This document shows positions 54,201 to 64,000 of a stretch of DNA of 64,000 nt, piece after piece. Location: assembly GCA_963752285.1 (NCBI GenBank), contig CAVVXN010000005.1, forward strand, positions 1 through 64,000, given 5' to 3'. Both the position numbers and the translations under genes were made by a program. The notes beneath the pieces were generated by a model. It saw only the letters and a list, made by a program, of their open reading frames with translations. It did no database searches and was not told the DNA's origin. Source of the DNA: an uncultured Planctomycetota bacterium. Lineage in GTDB: Bacteria > Planctomycetota > PLA2 > JAEUHO01. Position 1 is the first letter of the stretch. Each line of letters begins with the position of its first letter.

Positions 54201-54894
54201 CCGTCCCGAGATTCCGGACGCGGACGTCGAGGGCGATCTCGCCCGGCGGCGCGAGTGTCGGCTCCGCGCGGATCCCCGCGACGACGAGGAACGGCCGGGT
54301 CGAGGCCGGCGCGTAGTCGGCGGGGCGCTGCGCAACGGCCTCGAGACCCTCGACCCCGACGAGGCGTGCCGACCCCCCGAAGCCGCCCTCGTTGTTCGCG
54401 ACCTGGAGGAGGAGCCGGTTCCACCCCTCCCCGAGCCGGACGGGCACGCGGTCCTGGTCGGGGCCCCAGCTCCGGAGCGCCCAGTGACGCAGGACCTCGG
54501 CGCCGTTCAGGTACGCGCGGATGCCGTCGTCGCTGCCGACGGAGAGGACGGCCGTCGTCTCGGCGGGCGCGTGGACGTACGCGAGGAGGTACGCGCTCAC
54601 CACGTCGGTCTTCGAGAAGCCCGCGCCGAGGAGGTTGGCCTGGCCCTCCGCGTCGGCGGCGAGGGGCACCCACGTCCGCTCGGCCGTCGCATCGCCGCGC
54701 TGCGGCGCGAGGTCCACGACGCCCGCGGGCGGCGGCGTGTCGAAGGGGTTCTGTCCCGCGGCGAAGGGGAACGGGCCGAGCACGAGCCACCTCGTCACGG
54801 GGAGCGAGGGGACGGTCGCGTCGTCGTCGGCGTGGACCGCGCGCGCGGCGAACGCCGTCGCCACGAGGAGCCCGGTGATCAGGAGAGTCCGCAT
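51285..54894 (-). CDS. Secreted GH38 alpha-mannosidase with N-terminal PA14/galactose-binding-like domain; apparent +1 frameshift at 52810-52813
   Basis: SHIDMAWMW, GGMWVEPD, WNPDSFGY, YGVGDHGGGP, ELYLEYHRGTYTT. After removing one base: WKRTLFNQFHDLLPGSGI..LDDAKYGY..LSLLRAP. Confidence 0.9.
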
Positions 54895-55853
54895 CACTTG
54901 CCCTTCCGGTCGAGCGCGACCGCCGCGAGGATCACGGCGCCCTTTACGACCTTCTGCCAGTAGGTGGAGACGTCGAGCAGGACGAGGCCGTTGTCGAGCA
55001 CGCCGATCACCAAGGCGCCGAGGACCGTGCCCCACAGGGTGCCCCGTCCGCCCATGAGGCTGCATCCGCCGACGACGACCGCCGCGATCGCGTTCAGCTC
55101 GAAGAGGTCGCCGGCCTTCGGGTCGCCCGTGCCGAGGCGAGCGGCGAGGACCAGACCGCCGAGCGCCGCGAGGAACCCCATGCCCCCGTAGACGAGGAGC
55201 TTCACGCGGCCGACGCGTACGCCGCTCAGGCGTGCCGCCTCCTCGTTCCCGCCGACGGCGTACACGTGGCGGCCGAACGTGGTGCGCGCGAGGAGGAACG
55301 CGGTGGCGAGCACGACCAGCGCCGTCAGGAGGACCGGCAAGGGAACCGGCCCCACGCGCGCCGTGCCCCAGAACGTGAAGGAGTCCGAGAGGCCGCCCAC
55401 GCTCTGCCCGCCGGTGTAGAGGAAGGCGAGGCCGCGGATCGCGGTCATCGAGGCGAGCGTCGCGATGAAGGGGGCCACGCGGAGGAACACGACCGCCGCG
55501 CCGTTCGCGAGGCCGACGAGGGCGCCGGCGCCGAGCGCCACCGCCGCGGCGACCGGGACGGGTGTGCCGCGCGCCGCGAGATCGGCGCCCACGACGCCGC
55601 CGAACGCGACCACCGACCCGACCGAGAGGTCGATGCCGGCCGTCAGGATCACGAGGGTCATCCCCGTCGCGAGGACGGTGTTCACCGAGATCTGGAGAAG
55701 GACGTTCAGGAGGTTCTGGCCCGTGAGGAACGCGTGGTTCGGAGTCGCGACGGCGAGGAACGCGCAGAAGAGCACGAACGCGCCGGCGAGGCCGACGCCT
55801 CGGACCCGCGCGGCGAGCCCGGGACGCGTCGCCGGCGGGGGCGCGGACGTCAT
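54894..55853 (-). CDS. Monosaccharide ABC transporter permease (RbsC-like)
   Basis: GIDLSVGS, PFIATL, FGRHVYAVGGNEEAARLSGV, ELNAIAAVVVGG. Confidence 0.95.
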   Translation of the reverse strand: MTSAPPPATRPGLAARVRGVGLAGAFVLFCAFLAVATPNHAFLTGQNLLNVLLQISVNTVLATGMTLVILTAGIDLSVGSVVAFGGVVGADLAARGTPVPVAAAVALGAGALVGLANGAAVVFLRVAPFIATLASMTAIRGLAFLYTGGQSVGGLSDSFTFWGTARVGPVPLPVLLTALVVLATAFLLARTTFGRHVYAVGGNEEAARLSGVRVGRVKLLVYGGMGFLAALGGLVLAARLGTGDPKAGDLFELNAIAAVVVGGCSLMGGRGTLWGTVLGALVIGVLDNGLVLLDVSTYWQKVVKGAVILAAVALDRKGK

Positions 55854-57349
55854 CACGCGAGCCCCATCGCGAGGCGGAGGAGGTCCTCCGGCGCGGGGCC
55901 CGGGAGGTCCACGGCACCCGAGACGCGCCCCTCGCAGAGGACGACGGCGCGGTCGGCGACGCCGAGGACCTCGGACAGGTCGGAGGAGATCATCAGGATC
56001 CCCACCCCGCGCTCGGCCAGGGCCCCGAGGAACTCGTAGATCTCGTAGCGCCCGCCGACGTCCACGCCGCGGGTCGGCTCGTCGCAGACGAGGAGACGGC
56101 AGGTCCCGAGGAGCCAGCGGGCGAGGGCCACCTTCTGCTGATTCCCGCCCGAGAGGCGGCGCACTTCCGTGTCGAGGGTCGGCGTCCGGATCGCGAGGCG
56201 CTCGACGATCGCCTGGACGTCCGTTCGCTCGCGCGCGCGGTCGATCGTGCGAATCCACCGCGCCGCGTAGGCCGAGAGGTGGGGGAGCGTGACGTTCGCG
56301 GCGACGCCCAGGGTCGCCACCAGACCCTCGTCCTTGCGATCCTCGCTCACCCAGCCGACGCCGGCCTCGATCGCCTCGCGGGGATGGCGGAGCTCGACGA
56401 CGCGGTCTCCGAGACGGATCGCGCCGGCGTCCGGCGTCTCCGCTCCGAAGAGGAGGCGGCCGACCTCCGTCCGACCTGCGCCGACGAGCCCGGCCAGCGC
56501 GACGATCTCGCCCTCACGCACCGTGAACGAGACGTCCCGCACGCGCGGCGCCCGGCAGAGTCCCTTGGCCTCGAGCAGCACGCGCCCCGGCCGACGCGTG
56601 CGCGCGGGGAACTGCCCGCCCAGCGGCCGGCCGACCATCGCCTGGACGAGCGCGGCCTCGTCGGTCTCTCCCGCGGGGGTGTCGGCGACGACCGCGCCGT
56701 CGCGCATGACGACCACCCGGTCGGCCAGACGGAAGACCTCGTCCAGCCGATGCGTGATCAGGACGACGGCCACGCCCTCCGCCGCGAGGCGCCGCACGAT
56801 CGTGAAGAGTCGCTCGGTCTCGTGCGCCGAGAGCGAGGAGGTCGGCTCGTCCATCGCGAGAGAACGGACCGAGCCGGAGAGCGCCTTCGCGATCTCGACG
56901 ATCTGTTGCGAAGCAACCGAGAGCGTCTCCACCCGCGCCGCGGGGTCGATCGAGCGGTCGAGCTCGGCGAGCAGCGCGCGGGCGCGTTCCCGCGTCGCCA
57001 CGGCGTCGTAGAGCCCGCGCCGCCGCGGCAGTCGGCCCAGCAGCACGTTCTCGGCGACGCTCAGGGGACCGACGAGCTCCAGCTCCTGGTAGATCAGCGT
57101 GACGCCGCGCGCGCGGGTCGCACCGGGATCGCCGAGCGGGAGCGGCTCGCCCTCGAGCAGCACGCGACCCGCGTCGGGACGGATCGCGCCCGCCACGGCC
57201 TTCATCAGCGTGGACTTGCCGGCCCCGTTCTCGCCCAGGAGCGCGCACACCTCGCCGGCCCGGAGCCCCAGGGACACGCCTCGCACGGCCTGCACGCCGC
57301 CGAACGAGTGAGAGAGGTTCTCGATCTCGAGCCGATGCGCCGGGCGCAT
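55853..57349 (-). CDS. Monosaccharide ABC transporter ATP-binding protein (RbsA-like)
   Basis: GENGAGKST, MDEPT, GLVGAGRTE, LSGGNQQK, DEPTRGVDVG. Confidence 0.95.
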   Translation of the reverse strand: MRPAHRLEIENLSHSFGGVQAVRGVSLGLRAGEVCALLGENGAGKSTLMKAVAGAIRPDAGRVLLEGEPLPLGDPGATRARGVTLIYQELELVGPLSVAENVLLGRLPRRRGLYDAVATRERARALLAELDRSIDPAARVETLSVASQQIVEIAKALSGSVRSLAMDEPTSSLSAHETERLFTIVRRLAAEGVAVVLITHRLDEVFRLADRVVVMRDGAVVADTPAGETDEAALVQAMVGRPLGGQFPARTRRPGRVLLEAKGLCRAPRVRDVSFTVREGEIVALAGLVGAGRTEVGRLLFGAETPDAGAIRLGDRVVELRHPREAIEAGVGWVSEDRKDEGLVATLGVAANVTLPHLSAYAARWIRTIDRARERTDVQAIVERLAIRTPTLDTEVRRLSGGNQQKVALARWLLGTCRLLVCDEPTRGVDVGGRYEIYEFLGALAERGVGILMISSDLSEVLGVADRAVVLCEGRVSGAVDLPGPAPEDLLRLAMGLA

Positions 57350-58281
57350 CAGTGCGCGCCGGAGGCCGCGTCTTCCTTCTCGAGGCTCTCGCGCGTGAGG
57401 AGGCTCACGTCCACCGGCTCCACCGAGGGGACCTTCTCGCCCTTCAGCCAGGCGGCGACGGCCTCGACGACCTGGCGTCCGATCTCGCGCGGATGCTGCA
57501 CCACGTCCGCCTGCAGCGCGCCGCCCTTGCGGATCGCGTCGCGCGCCTCGGGTGTCGCGTCGTAGCCCACGACGACCACGTCCTCCTTCCCGAGCCCGTC
57601 GAGCGCGCGCAGCACGCCCATCGCGGTCTCGTCGTTGATCGCGAAGATGCCCTTGATCTGGGGATGCGCCTGGAGGGTGTTCGTCGCCACGTCCAACGCC
57701 ATCTCTCGCTTGCCCTCCGCGGACGGACGCGCCACGATCTCGATGCCCGGGTGCTTCGCGATCTCCTCCGTGAAGCCGCGCACGCGATCTTGAACGCTCG
57801 CGACCTGCGGGTGGTCCACGATGGCGACGGCCCCGGCGTCGGCGAGCTGCTTCGCGAGGAACGCGCCGGCGAGCCGACCGCCCTGCACGTTGTCCGACGC
57901 GACGTGGCAGGTCACGTCCAGGCCCTCCGCGGCGATGTCCGCCGTGAAGACGCCGACGCCCGCGTCCTGTGCGCGCCGGAGCGCCTGCGCGATCCCCCGA
58001 CTGTCTACGGGGCAGGCGATGATCGCCTTCGCGCCACGCACGACGAAGTTCTCGACCTGGGCGGTCTGCTGGGCCAGGTCCTTCTCGGCCGACTGGACGA
58101 GGAGATGGAGATGCGCCTTCGCGGCCGCGTCGCGCATGCCCGCTTCGAGCTCGCGGTAGAAGAAGTCCTGCTGGTCGAGGAGCGTGACGCCGACGACGGG
58201 CTCCCCGGAGTCCTTCGTGCCGCAGGCGGGCACGAGGAGGGCGAGCGACGCGAGGAGGAAGGGGCGGAAGAGCGGGTGCAT
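57349..58281 (-). CDS. Monosaccharide ABC transporter substrate-binding lipoprotein (RbsB-like)
   Basis: VPA-C lipobox; VASDNVQGG, RVRGF, IFAINDETAMG, VVGYDA. Confidence 0.93.
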   Translation of the reverse strand: MHPLFRPFLLASLALLVPACGTKDSGEPVVGVTLLDQQDFFYRELEAGMRDAAAKAHLHLLVQSAEKDLAQQTAQVENFVVRGAKAIIACPVDSRGIAQALRRAQDAGVGVFTADIAAEGLDVTCHVASDNVQGGRLAGAFLAKQLADAGAVAIVDHPQVASVQDRVRGFTEEIAKHPGIEIVARPSAEGKREMALDVATNTLQAHPQIKGIFAINDETAMGVLRALDGLGKEDVVVVGYDATPEARDAIRKGGALQADVVQHPREIGRQVVEAVAAWLKGEKVPSVEPVDVSLLTRESLEKEDAASGAH

Positions 58282-58513
58282 GGGGGGCTCCGGGCCGGCC
58301 GGCGCTCTCGCCTCCGGCCGCGCCGAAGGCGCGAACCTAGCCCCCGGGTCCCCGGGCGACAAGCGCGGGTCGGTCGCATCCGGCGGGAGGACGGGGCGCG
58401 CGAGCGGGCGCCGCCGGGCCTCGAGTCGGTGCGGGCGCGCCGGACGGGAGAAAAGCGGCGGAAAGCGCCCCGCCTCCGTGCCGCGCGCGCACCGTGCGAC
58501 GTTCTCAATCCGT

Positions 58514-59359
58514 ATGCGGAACCCCTCCGATCCGAGGCAGCGCCGGCCGATCCTGGGCCTGGGCCTCCTGCTGGCGGCGCTCGCCGCGGGCCCCGCCCGT
58601 GCGGGCGACCCCGCACCCCGGAAGCCGGCGTGTTCCCTCCCCGACGATCCCGCGGTGGCGGTGATCACCCTCGACCACGTCGGCGGTCTGGCGCCGCCCC
58701 GGAAGACGAAGGCGCCCTACCTCTCGTTTTTCGCCGACGGCCGGGTCCGGGCGGTCGATCTCTCCGGTCGAGGGCGCGACGCCGAGGGACACCTGTCCCT
58801 GGCGTCCCTTCGCGAGCTCCTGGCGTACGTGATCGAGACGGAGCGCTTCTTCTCCGCCGAGGACGAGACCCTGGACGAGCTCGTGAGGCGCCGGGCCCGC
58901 GAGGCCGGCGCGCCCCCGGCGGTGCTCGACGCCTCGACGACGCGGATCGATGTCCAGACGCGCGAGCAGCACGTGCGCCGCGAGCTCTACGCCCTGAGAA
59001 GCGTCGCGGAGCGGTTCCCCGACCTGGAGCGCGTGCAGCGTCTCGACCGCGTCGCGAGGCGGCTGGAGAACGAGGCGGCCGTCGTCCTGGCCGGCGGCCT
59101 CGATCGCGTGCGCTCGCTCGTCGACGAGGCGAACCGTCGGCTCCAGGCGGAGCACCCCGGCGCGCTGCCGCTCGCGGCGGAGAGCCTTCGCTACCAGGGG
59201 ACGGACCCCGACGACGTCCGGCGGTTCACGCTGCGCGCGACCGAGGCCGGTGGGGCCGACGCGAAGGCGGGCTGGTCGAGCGCGGCGATCCGGATCCCGC
59301 CCGCGCCGGCCGAGGGGTCGCCGGCTGCGCCGACGATCGACGTCGCCGCCGGGCCCTGA
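58514..59359 (+). CDS. Hypothetical secreted protein
   Basis: Signal peptide (..GPARA|GD); coding-like frame. Confidence 0.7.
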   Translation: MRNPSDPRQRRPILGLGLLLAALAAGPARAGDPAPRKPACSLPDDPAVAVITLDHVGGLAPPRKTKAPYLSFFADGRVRAVDLSGRGRDAEGHLSLASLRELLAYVIETERFFSAEDETLDELVRRRAREAGAPPAVLDASTTRIDVQTREQHVRRELYALRSVAERFPDLERVQRLDRVARRLENEAAVVLAGGLDRVRSLVDEANRRLQAEHPGALPLAAESLRYQGTDPDDVRRFTLRATEAGGADAKAGWSSAAIRIPPAPAEGSPAAPTIDVAAGP

Positions 59360-59422
59360 GCCGGCGCGGGCGCGCCGGACGGGGGAAGAGCGGCGGAATT
59401 TGCCCCGCCTCGGTACCCGCGG

Positions 59423-61969
59423 TCAGTCGGCGGGGGGACGGACGAACGCGGCTCGACGGGGAGGCGGCATCGGTGCGTCCGGCCCCTTGACGGCGTGCCA
59501 CACCAGCTCGGAGAACGCGAGGTCGTCCACCTCGTCCGCCTTCTCGAGGTCGATCCCCTCCGATTCCGCGGCGCCCCACGCGCTCGCCACGTTCTTCTCG
59601 TCCGTCGGCCAGGTGGCCTCGCGTGCGGCGTAGGGCGTGAGGTCCGGGACGTCGGTGAAGCAGGCGTACATCGGACGGGCGGCGGCGTCGTACTGGCTCA
59701 TCGGCGGCAGCCCCAGGATCAGCTCCATCGTCCGGAGGAGGCTGCACGTCGAGTACATGTCGTGCACGACCGCGCCCCGCCGGACGTACGGGCCCGCGAC
59801 GAGCGCGACGGACCGGTGTGCGTCCACGTGGTCGGGCCCGTTCTGCGCGTCGTCCTCGACGACGAACACGGCGGTCGTGGGCCAGAACCGGCTGTGCGAG
59901 AGCCCCTCGAGAAGGCGGCCCAGGGCCAGGTCGTTGTCGGCGACCGCCGCCCGCGGGGTCGGCCGGCCCACGCGCGTGCCCGAGGTGTGGTCGTTCGGCA
60001 AGCGGATCACCACGAGTCGCGGCAGCTCGCCCGACGTCTCGATCTCCGCGAGCTCCGCGAGGAAGCGATCGGCGCGTTTCGTGTCGGGGTAGCCCAGGTC
60101 GAAGCTCCGGTAGAGCGGGTCGAAGTGACCTTCGAGCGCCGGCACGTTCGTCGTCCCCGGGTCGTCGGGCGTGTCGCCGTTCTCGACGAACTCCCCGTAG
60201 CTCCGGTACGAGATGCCGGCCCGCTTCGCGAGGTCCCACAGGTAGCCGTTCGAGGGGAAGGCGACCGGGAAGCTCCCCTCGGACGGGTAGCCGAGGTCGC
60301 GGACCTTCCCGTCGGGGCCCCTCGCTCGGCCCTTCCCGCCGTACGTAACGGGCCACGTCCGCTCGACGAAGTCCGTCGCGTACGCGCCCATCGACCACTC
60401 GTGCCCGTCCGCCGAGACCTCGGCGTCCACGTAGAAGTTGTCGAGGAGCACGAAGTCTCGCGCGATGGCGTGGTGGTTCGGGCTGACCTCCTCCGGGAAG
60501 AGACAGAGGTCGGGATCCCCGTCGCCGCGCGGGTCGTCGCCGAGGACCTGGTCGTAGGTCCGGTTCTCCTTGATCACGTACACGCAGTGGCGGATCGGCG
60601 ACGGGTCGCCGGGGCGCGCGGGAATCGGCGATCCCGGGGGCCGCGGGGCGTCGCTCCGGACCGCGGCCGCGCGGGCCAGCGGGGCGAGCCCGTACGCCCT
60701 GGCCGTCAGCGACCGGAGCGCGGTCGGGTTCGGGACCGGGAAGACCGAGAGGGATCCCTTGAACATCGACCCCGTGTAGTCGTCCTGGCTCTCCTCGTGG
60801 TGGCCCGGGGCCGGGCCGCCCGGGTTGGCGTGCGACCCGCCCGAGCCCTTCCCGTTGGCGACGAAGACCGTCGTTCCGTCGGGCGAGAACCGAACGGACG
60901 TCGGGTACATCCCGACGGGCACGAACCCGAGCCCTCGGCTCCGCCCGCGCGCGGAGACGTCGATCACCGCCACGTCGTCGTTGTCCGCGTTCGCCACGAG
61001 GAGCGTCCTTCCGTCGGGAGAGACGGCGACCGAGTCGGGCGTGGAACCCGGGGGCACGTGGGGATACAGCGCCGAGCCGATCGTCTCCTCGACGCGTCGC
61101 CGCGCCACGTCGATCACGCTGACGGTGTTCGCGTTGCCGTGGCTCACGAAGAGCCGGCTGCCGTCGGGGGAGAAGGTCATCTCCGACGGGTGCGGCCCCG
61201 TCTCGAGCCGCGCGACCTCCTCGAGCGTGTCCGCGTCGAGGAGCGCGACGGTCCCCGCACCCCACAGCGAGACGGCGACGACGTCGCCCCTCCGGCGGCA
61301 CTCGAACGGGAACGAGTCCTTCGGGAGCGCGGCGCCGAGGGACATCGTCCCGTCCGCGTCGAGGCGGACGATCCGGTCGGCGCGTTGCAGCGCGACGAGG
61401 ATCCCGCCCCGGCCGTCCGTGCAGAGGCCCGCGGGGAGCGACGCCCCCTCGCCCACGGCGGCGGGCCAGGTGTCGATGCGTCTCGCCTGCCCGGTCTCCG
61501 GGTCGAACCGAAAGACGTCCACCACGTCGCGGACGCCGCCGCTCACGAAGAGTCGCTCGCCGTCCTCGCTGAACGCCATCCCGCTCCACGACGACGGGAG
61601 GCGGATCTCGGCCACGACCTCCTCGGCCCGCGCGTCGAAGACCGTCACGCCGTGCCCTCGGTTGCCCGCGTGCTGGACCGCGAGCCATCGCCCCGCGGGA
61701 TGCCACACCATGCGGACGGGCAGGTCCCACGCGAGCGGCACCTGCTTTCCGTACGGGTCGAGACCCCAGCCGTTCGGAAGCAGGATCGACCCGTCCTCCC
61801 GCGGGCCGGGCCGCTCCGTGGCGCCGGGGGCGAACGCCAAGAGCTCGGGCGGCGCCGGCGAACGGATCGCGGCGCCGGGTCGCGGCGTCGCGCGGCAAGG
61901 GGGGGGCGGCGCTCTGCGGCACGTGCACGAGGCGAGGAGGAGGAGGAAGAGGAGGACCGAGGTACGCAT
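59423..61969 (-). CDS. YVTN/YncE beta-propeller + alkaline-phosphatase-like phosphoesterase lipoprotein
   Basis: LAS-C lipobox; NTVSVID and SPDG..LxVAN repeats; YVIKENRTYDQ, SADGHEW, LPNDHT, EDDAQNGPDHVDAHRS. Confidence 0.92.
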   Translation of the reverse strand: MRTSVLLFLLLLASCTCRRAPPPPCRATPRPGAAIRSPAPPELLAFAPGATERPGPREDGSILLPNGWGLDPYGKQVPLAWDLPVRMVWHPAGRWLAVQHAGNRGHGVTVFDARAEEVVAEIRLPSSWSGMAFSEDGERLFVSGGVRDVVDVFRFDPETGQARRIDTWPAAVGEGASLPAGLCTDGRGGILVALQRADRIVRLDADGTMSLGAALPKDSFPFECRRRGDVVAVSLWGAGTVALLDADTLEEVARLETGPHPSEMTFSPDGSRLFVSHGNANTVSVIDVARRRVEETIGSALYPHVPPGSTPDSVAVSPDGRTLLVANADNDDVAVIDVSARGRSRGLGFVPVGMYPTSVRFSPDGTTVFVANGKGSGGSHANPGGPAPGHHEESQDDYTGSMFKGSLSVFPVPNPTALRSLTARAYGLAPLARAAAVRSDAPRPPGSPIPARPGDPSPIRHCVYVIKENRTYDQVLGDDPRGDGDPDLCLFPEEVSPNHHAIARDFVLLDNFYVDAEVSADGHEWSMGAYATDFVERTWPVTYGGKGRARGPDGKVRDLGYPSEGSFPVAFPSNGYLWDLAKRAGISYRSYGEFVENGDTPDDPGTTNVPALEGHFDPLYRSFDLGYPDTKRADRFLAELAEIETSGELPRLVVIRLPNDHTSGTRVGRPTPRAAVADNDLALGRLLEGLSHSRFWPTTAVFVVEDDAQNGPDHVDAHRSVALVAGPYVRRGAVVHDMYSTCSLLRTMELILGLPPMSQYDAAARPMYACFTDVPDLTPYAAREATWPTDEKNVASAWGAAESEGIDLEKADEVDDLAFSELVWHAVKGPDAPMPPPRRAAFVRPPAD

Positions 61970-62064
61970 GGGGCCGGGATCATAGTGGATCCCCCCCGTG
62001 GCGGGACGCCCCGCCGACGCCGATCCCCTGCCGGCCCCACGCCCGTCCGCGGACGGGGTGGGGA

Positions 62065-62412
62065 TCAGGTCTTCGACCAGATCATTACGCTGCGGCAGCC
62101 GCCCGGGTCACGGAACGACGCCCAGTAGCCGTAGTCCTTGCCGATCTTCGTCTTGCCCTTGACGACCGTGCCGCCGAGCGCCTCCACGCGGGCGAGCGTC
62201 GCCGGGATGTCGTCCACCCCGACGTAGATGGCGACCCCGTGGCCCGGCGGAGGGTCCACCTGCTCGATCCCCCCGAGGCCGCCGCCGGGCGTCTCGACCA
62301 TCACGTACCGGTCGCTGGAGGGGGTCGTCTTCCAGCCGAAGAGCGCCGCGTAGAACGCGCTGGTCTTCTCGACGTCCGTGGTGGGGATCTCCCAGTACAC
62401 GATCTCGCTCAT
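62065..62412 (-). CDS. VOC/glyoxalase family protein
   Basis: IVYWEIPTTD..FYAALFGW..YVGVDDI..GG..FRDPGG. Confidence 0.92.
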   Translation of the reverse strand: MSEIVYWEIPTTDVEKTSAFYAALFGWKTTPSSDRYVMVETPGGGLGGIEQVDPPPGHGVAIYVGVDDIPATLARVEALGGTVVKGKTKIGKDYGYWASFRDPGGCRSVMIWSKT

Positions 62413-62640
62413 GCCGTCTCCCGGTCGCCAGCGCCTTGCGCGCCGACCTTCTACCGCTCCGGCGCGCCCCGGGCAACGCGGCCCGTCCGCCGGTCCTGGG
62501 TCGCGCGCGCCGCGAGACGCCTCTTTCGGCCCCCCGGGCCTCGCCGGGGTCCCACCGGATCGGCGGCGGGCGCGAGGCAGGGAACCGGAAGCGTGGCCGA
62601 CGTGTCCGACTCCCGGGGGCTGCTTCCGATGGAGGAGCGC

Positions 62641-63219
62641 ATGAGGTACCGACGGGCCGTTCTGTGCGTGACCGGGCTCGTCCTCGCCCTGGCCGGCCCC
62701 GGTGTGACGGCGGAGCCGGGGGGCCAGGGGCCGGACCTTCGGCGGGTGACGCTCGACGACCTGATCGACGCCGCGAAGCGGGTCCGGCCGGACATCCAGA
62801 TGAAGGTCACCTGGTGCGGGCCCCAGACGAAGAGCGTCCCGACGATCGTGCTCGGGACGCTGGGCCACCGCCTGAACGCCGACAAGTACGTCCCGCTCCG
62901 ACGGGAAGGCTGGAGCTACGCCAACGACGATCCCCCGTCGATCCGCTACTACCAGCTCACGCCCGACGAGTGGACGCGGGCGCTCACGGCGATGAAGGCG
63001 GCCGGCTGGGCGGGGAAGGTGAACCCCTCGGAGCCCGAGTTCGAGCGACGCATCCACGTCGTCCTGGTCAGCACGGGCTGGCAGGACCGGAGCTACGACT
63101 GGGCCGAGCTCTTCCTCGACGCCGACACGCCCTCCCTCCGCGCGCTCTTCCTCGGCGCGCTCGCGGAGCACGACCCCGCCGGCCTGCTCGTCGAGAATCG
63201 TCTCTTCCGCGGCTCCTGA
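62641..63219 (+). CDS. Hypothetical secreted protein
   Basis: GGAGGAG RBS; signal peptide. Confidence 0.75.
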   Translation: MRYRRAVLCVTGLVLALAGPGVTAEPGGQGPDLRRVTLDDLIDAAKRVRPDIQMKVTWCGPQTKSVPTIVLGTLGHRLNADKYVPLRREGWSYANDDPPSIRYYQLTPDEWTRALTAMKAAGWAGKVNPSEPEFERRIHVVLVSTGWQDRSYDWAELFLDADTPSLRALFLGALAEHDPAGLLVENRLFRGS

Positions 63220-63495
63220 CGAACGCCGGGGCCGTACCGGCAACGGGACCGTGGCCCTCGCGTCGCGCATTCGGAATGCGAGGAGCCGTCCTCACAGGCG
63301 ATCGCGTCGCGCATCGCCACGCGGATGCTCCCGCTCTCGACGCGGTCGTGCCCGCGGAGGCCGCGGCCGGCGCGCGCGCGCGAGGGGGCTCCACGTGCGT
63401 CCGAGGATCGGCGCCCGGGACCTGCCGGGCCGGAGGGTCCGGTCCGCGGATCGGTGGGGCCCACCGGTCGGGCCTCGCGGGCTCATCGCCCGGGC

Positions 63496-64000
63496 TCATC
63501 GCCCGGGGTCGGCGCCCACCAGCTCGACCTCCACCCCGGCGGGCGCCGCGTGTGCGAGGGCGTCCACGACCCAAGCGAGCCGTGCACGCGTGGGGGGATC
63601 GGGGGGGGCGAATCGCAGCGTGGCGCACGGTCGTCCCTGGTGGCGCGTGAGCACGCGGGGCCGCAGGGACAGGCGTGCGCTCGCGACCTCGCCGAGCGGG
63701 ACGCTCCGCCCGTCGCGGACCCCGACCGGGAGCGAGGTCCGCTCCAACGGGCTCCGAGCGCCCTGTCCGTACCGGACACGGACCCGACGCGCGCGGCCGT
63801 CCACACGACACGTCGCAAGGAGCACGAGCCCGTCCCCCGCGGCCTCGAGGAGGCGGCGGACGTCCCGTTCCTCGAGCCCCAGGGCACGAAGTCGATCCGC
63901 GTCGAACCGCCACGACGGGCTCGGCGCCACGTCGAGTCCCGCGCGCGTAAACCGCGCCGTGGGGACCGCTTCGCGAACCTGCGCCTCGGCGCGCGCCATC
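63496..64000 (-). CDS. AcrB/RND-like docking-domain protein, 5'-partial
   Basis: FDADRLRALGL..DV..L, DGRSVPLGEVA, LTRHQGRP, APAGVEVELVG. Confidence 0.65.
   Translation of the reverse strand, partial: MARAEAQVREAVPTARFTRAGLDVAPSPSWRFDADRLRALGLEERDVRRLLEAAGDGLVLLATCRVDGRARRVRVRYGQGARSPLERTSLPVGVRDGRSVPLGEVASARLSLRPRVLTRHQGRPCATLRFAPPDPPTRARLAWVVDALAHAAPAGVEVELVGADPGR

Noticed and set aside
48880..55917. 2345-aa minus-strand ORF
   Set aside because: Chimera: a real GH38 N-terminal half joined to Arg/Pro/Gly-rich off-frame read-through caused by the 52810 frameshift.
63478..63503. 13-bp tandem duplication CGGGCTCATCGCC x2 over a stop codon
   Set aside because: Two copies only; most likely slippage with no evident function.

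Overview
Very GC-rich (roughly 70-75% by eye) bacterial chromosome, most likely Planctomycetota given the plancto-type ECF sigma + Ser/Thr kinase-WD40 pair, the membrane-anchored ECF with secretin-type domains, and many orphan secreted proteins. About 45 genes can be supported. They include a PDZ/M16 peptidase operon, a B12 radical SAM enzyme, a vWA lipoprotein, a YpfJ-type peptidase, a GH15 glucoamylase, TrkH/TrkA, a PPK2 + P3A H+-ATPase + small stress-protein block, AKR/ADH, a kinase-AAA-TPR protein, a monosaccharide ABC transporter coupled to a secreted GH38 mannosidase, and a YVTN/phosphoesterase. No rRNA, tRNA or CRISPR array was seen. Best candidate for a new system (41967-49736): an ECF/kinase-WD40 pair lies divergent from two secreted proteins. 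These share an unnamed 'TGxDDLRG...DNW' module, one carries a papain-like Cys-His-Asp domain, and both are preceded by the same 31-bp promoter-like motif. Other notable items: a duplicated ~325-bp divergent promoter region apparently recruited to drive the H+-ATPase/PPK2 operon, REP/RAYT-like repeats bracketing the kinase-AAA-TPR gene, an IS21 istB scar, and four apparent single-base insertions that are probably assembly errors. All family assignments come from motif recognition by eye; no database searches were run.
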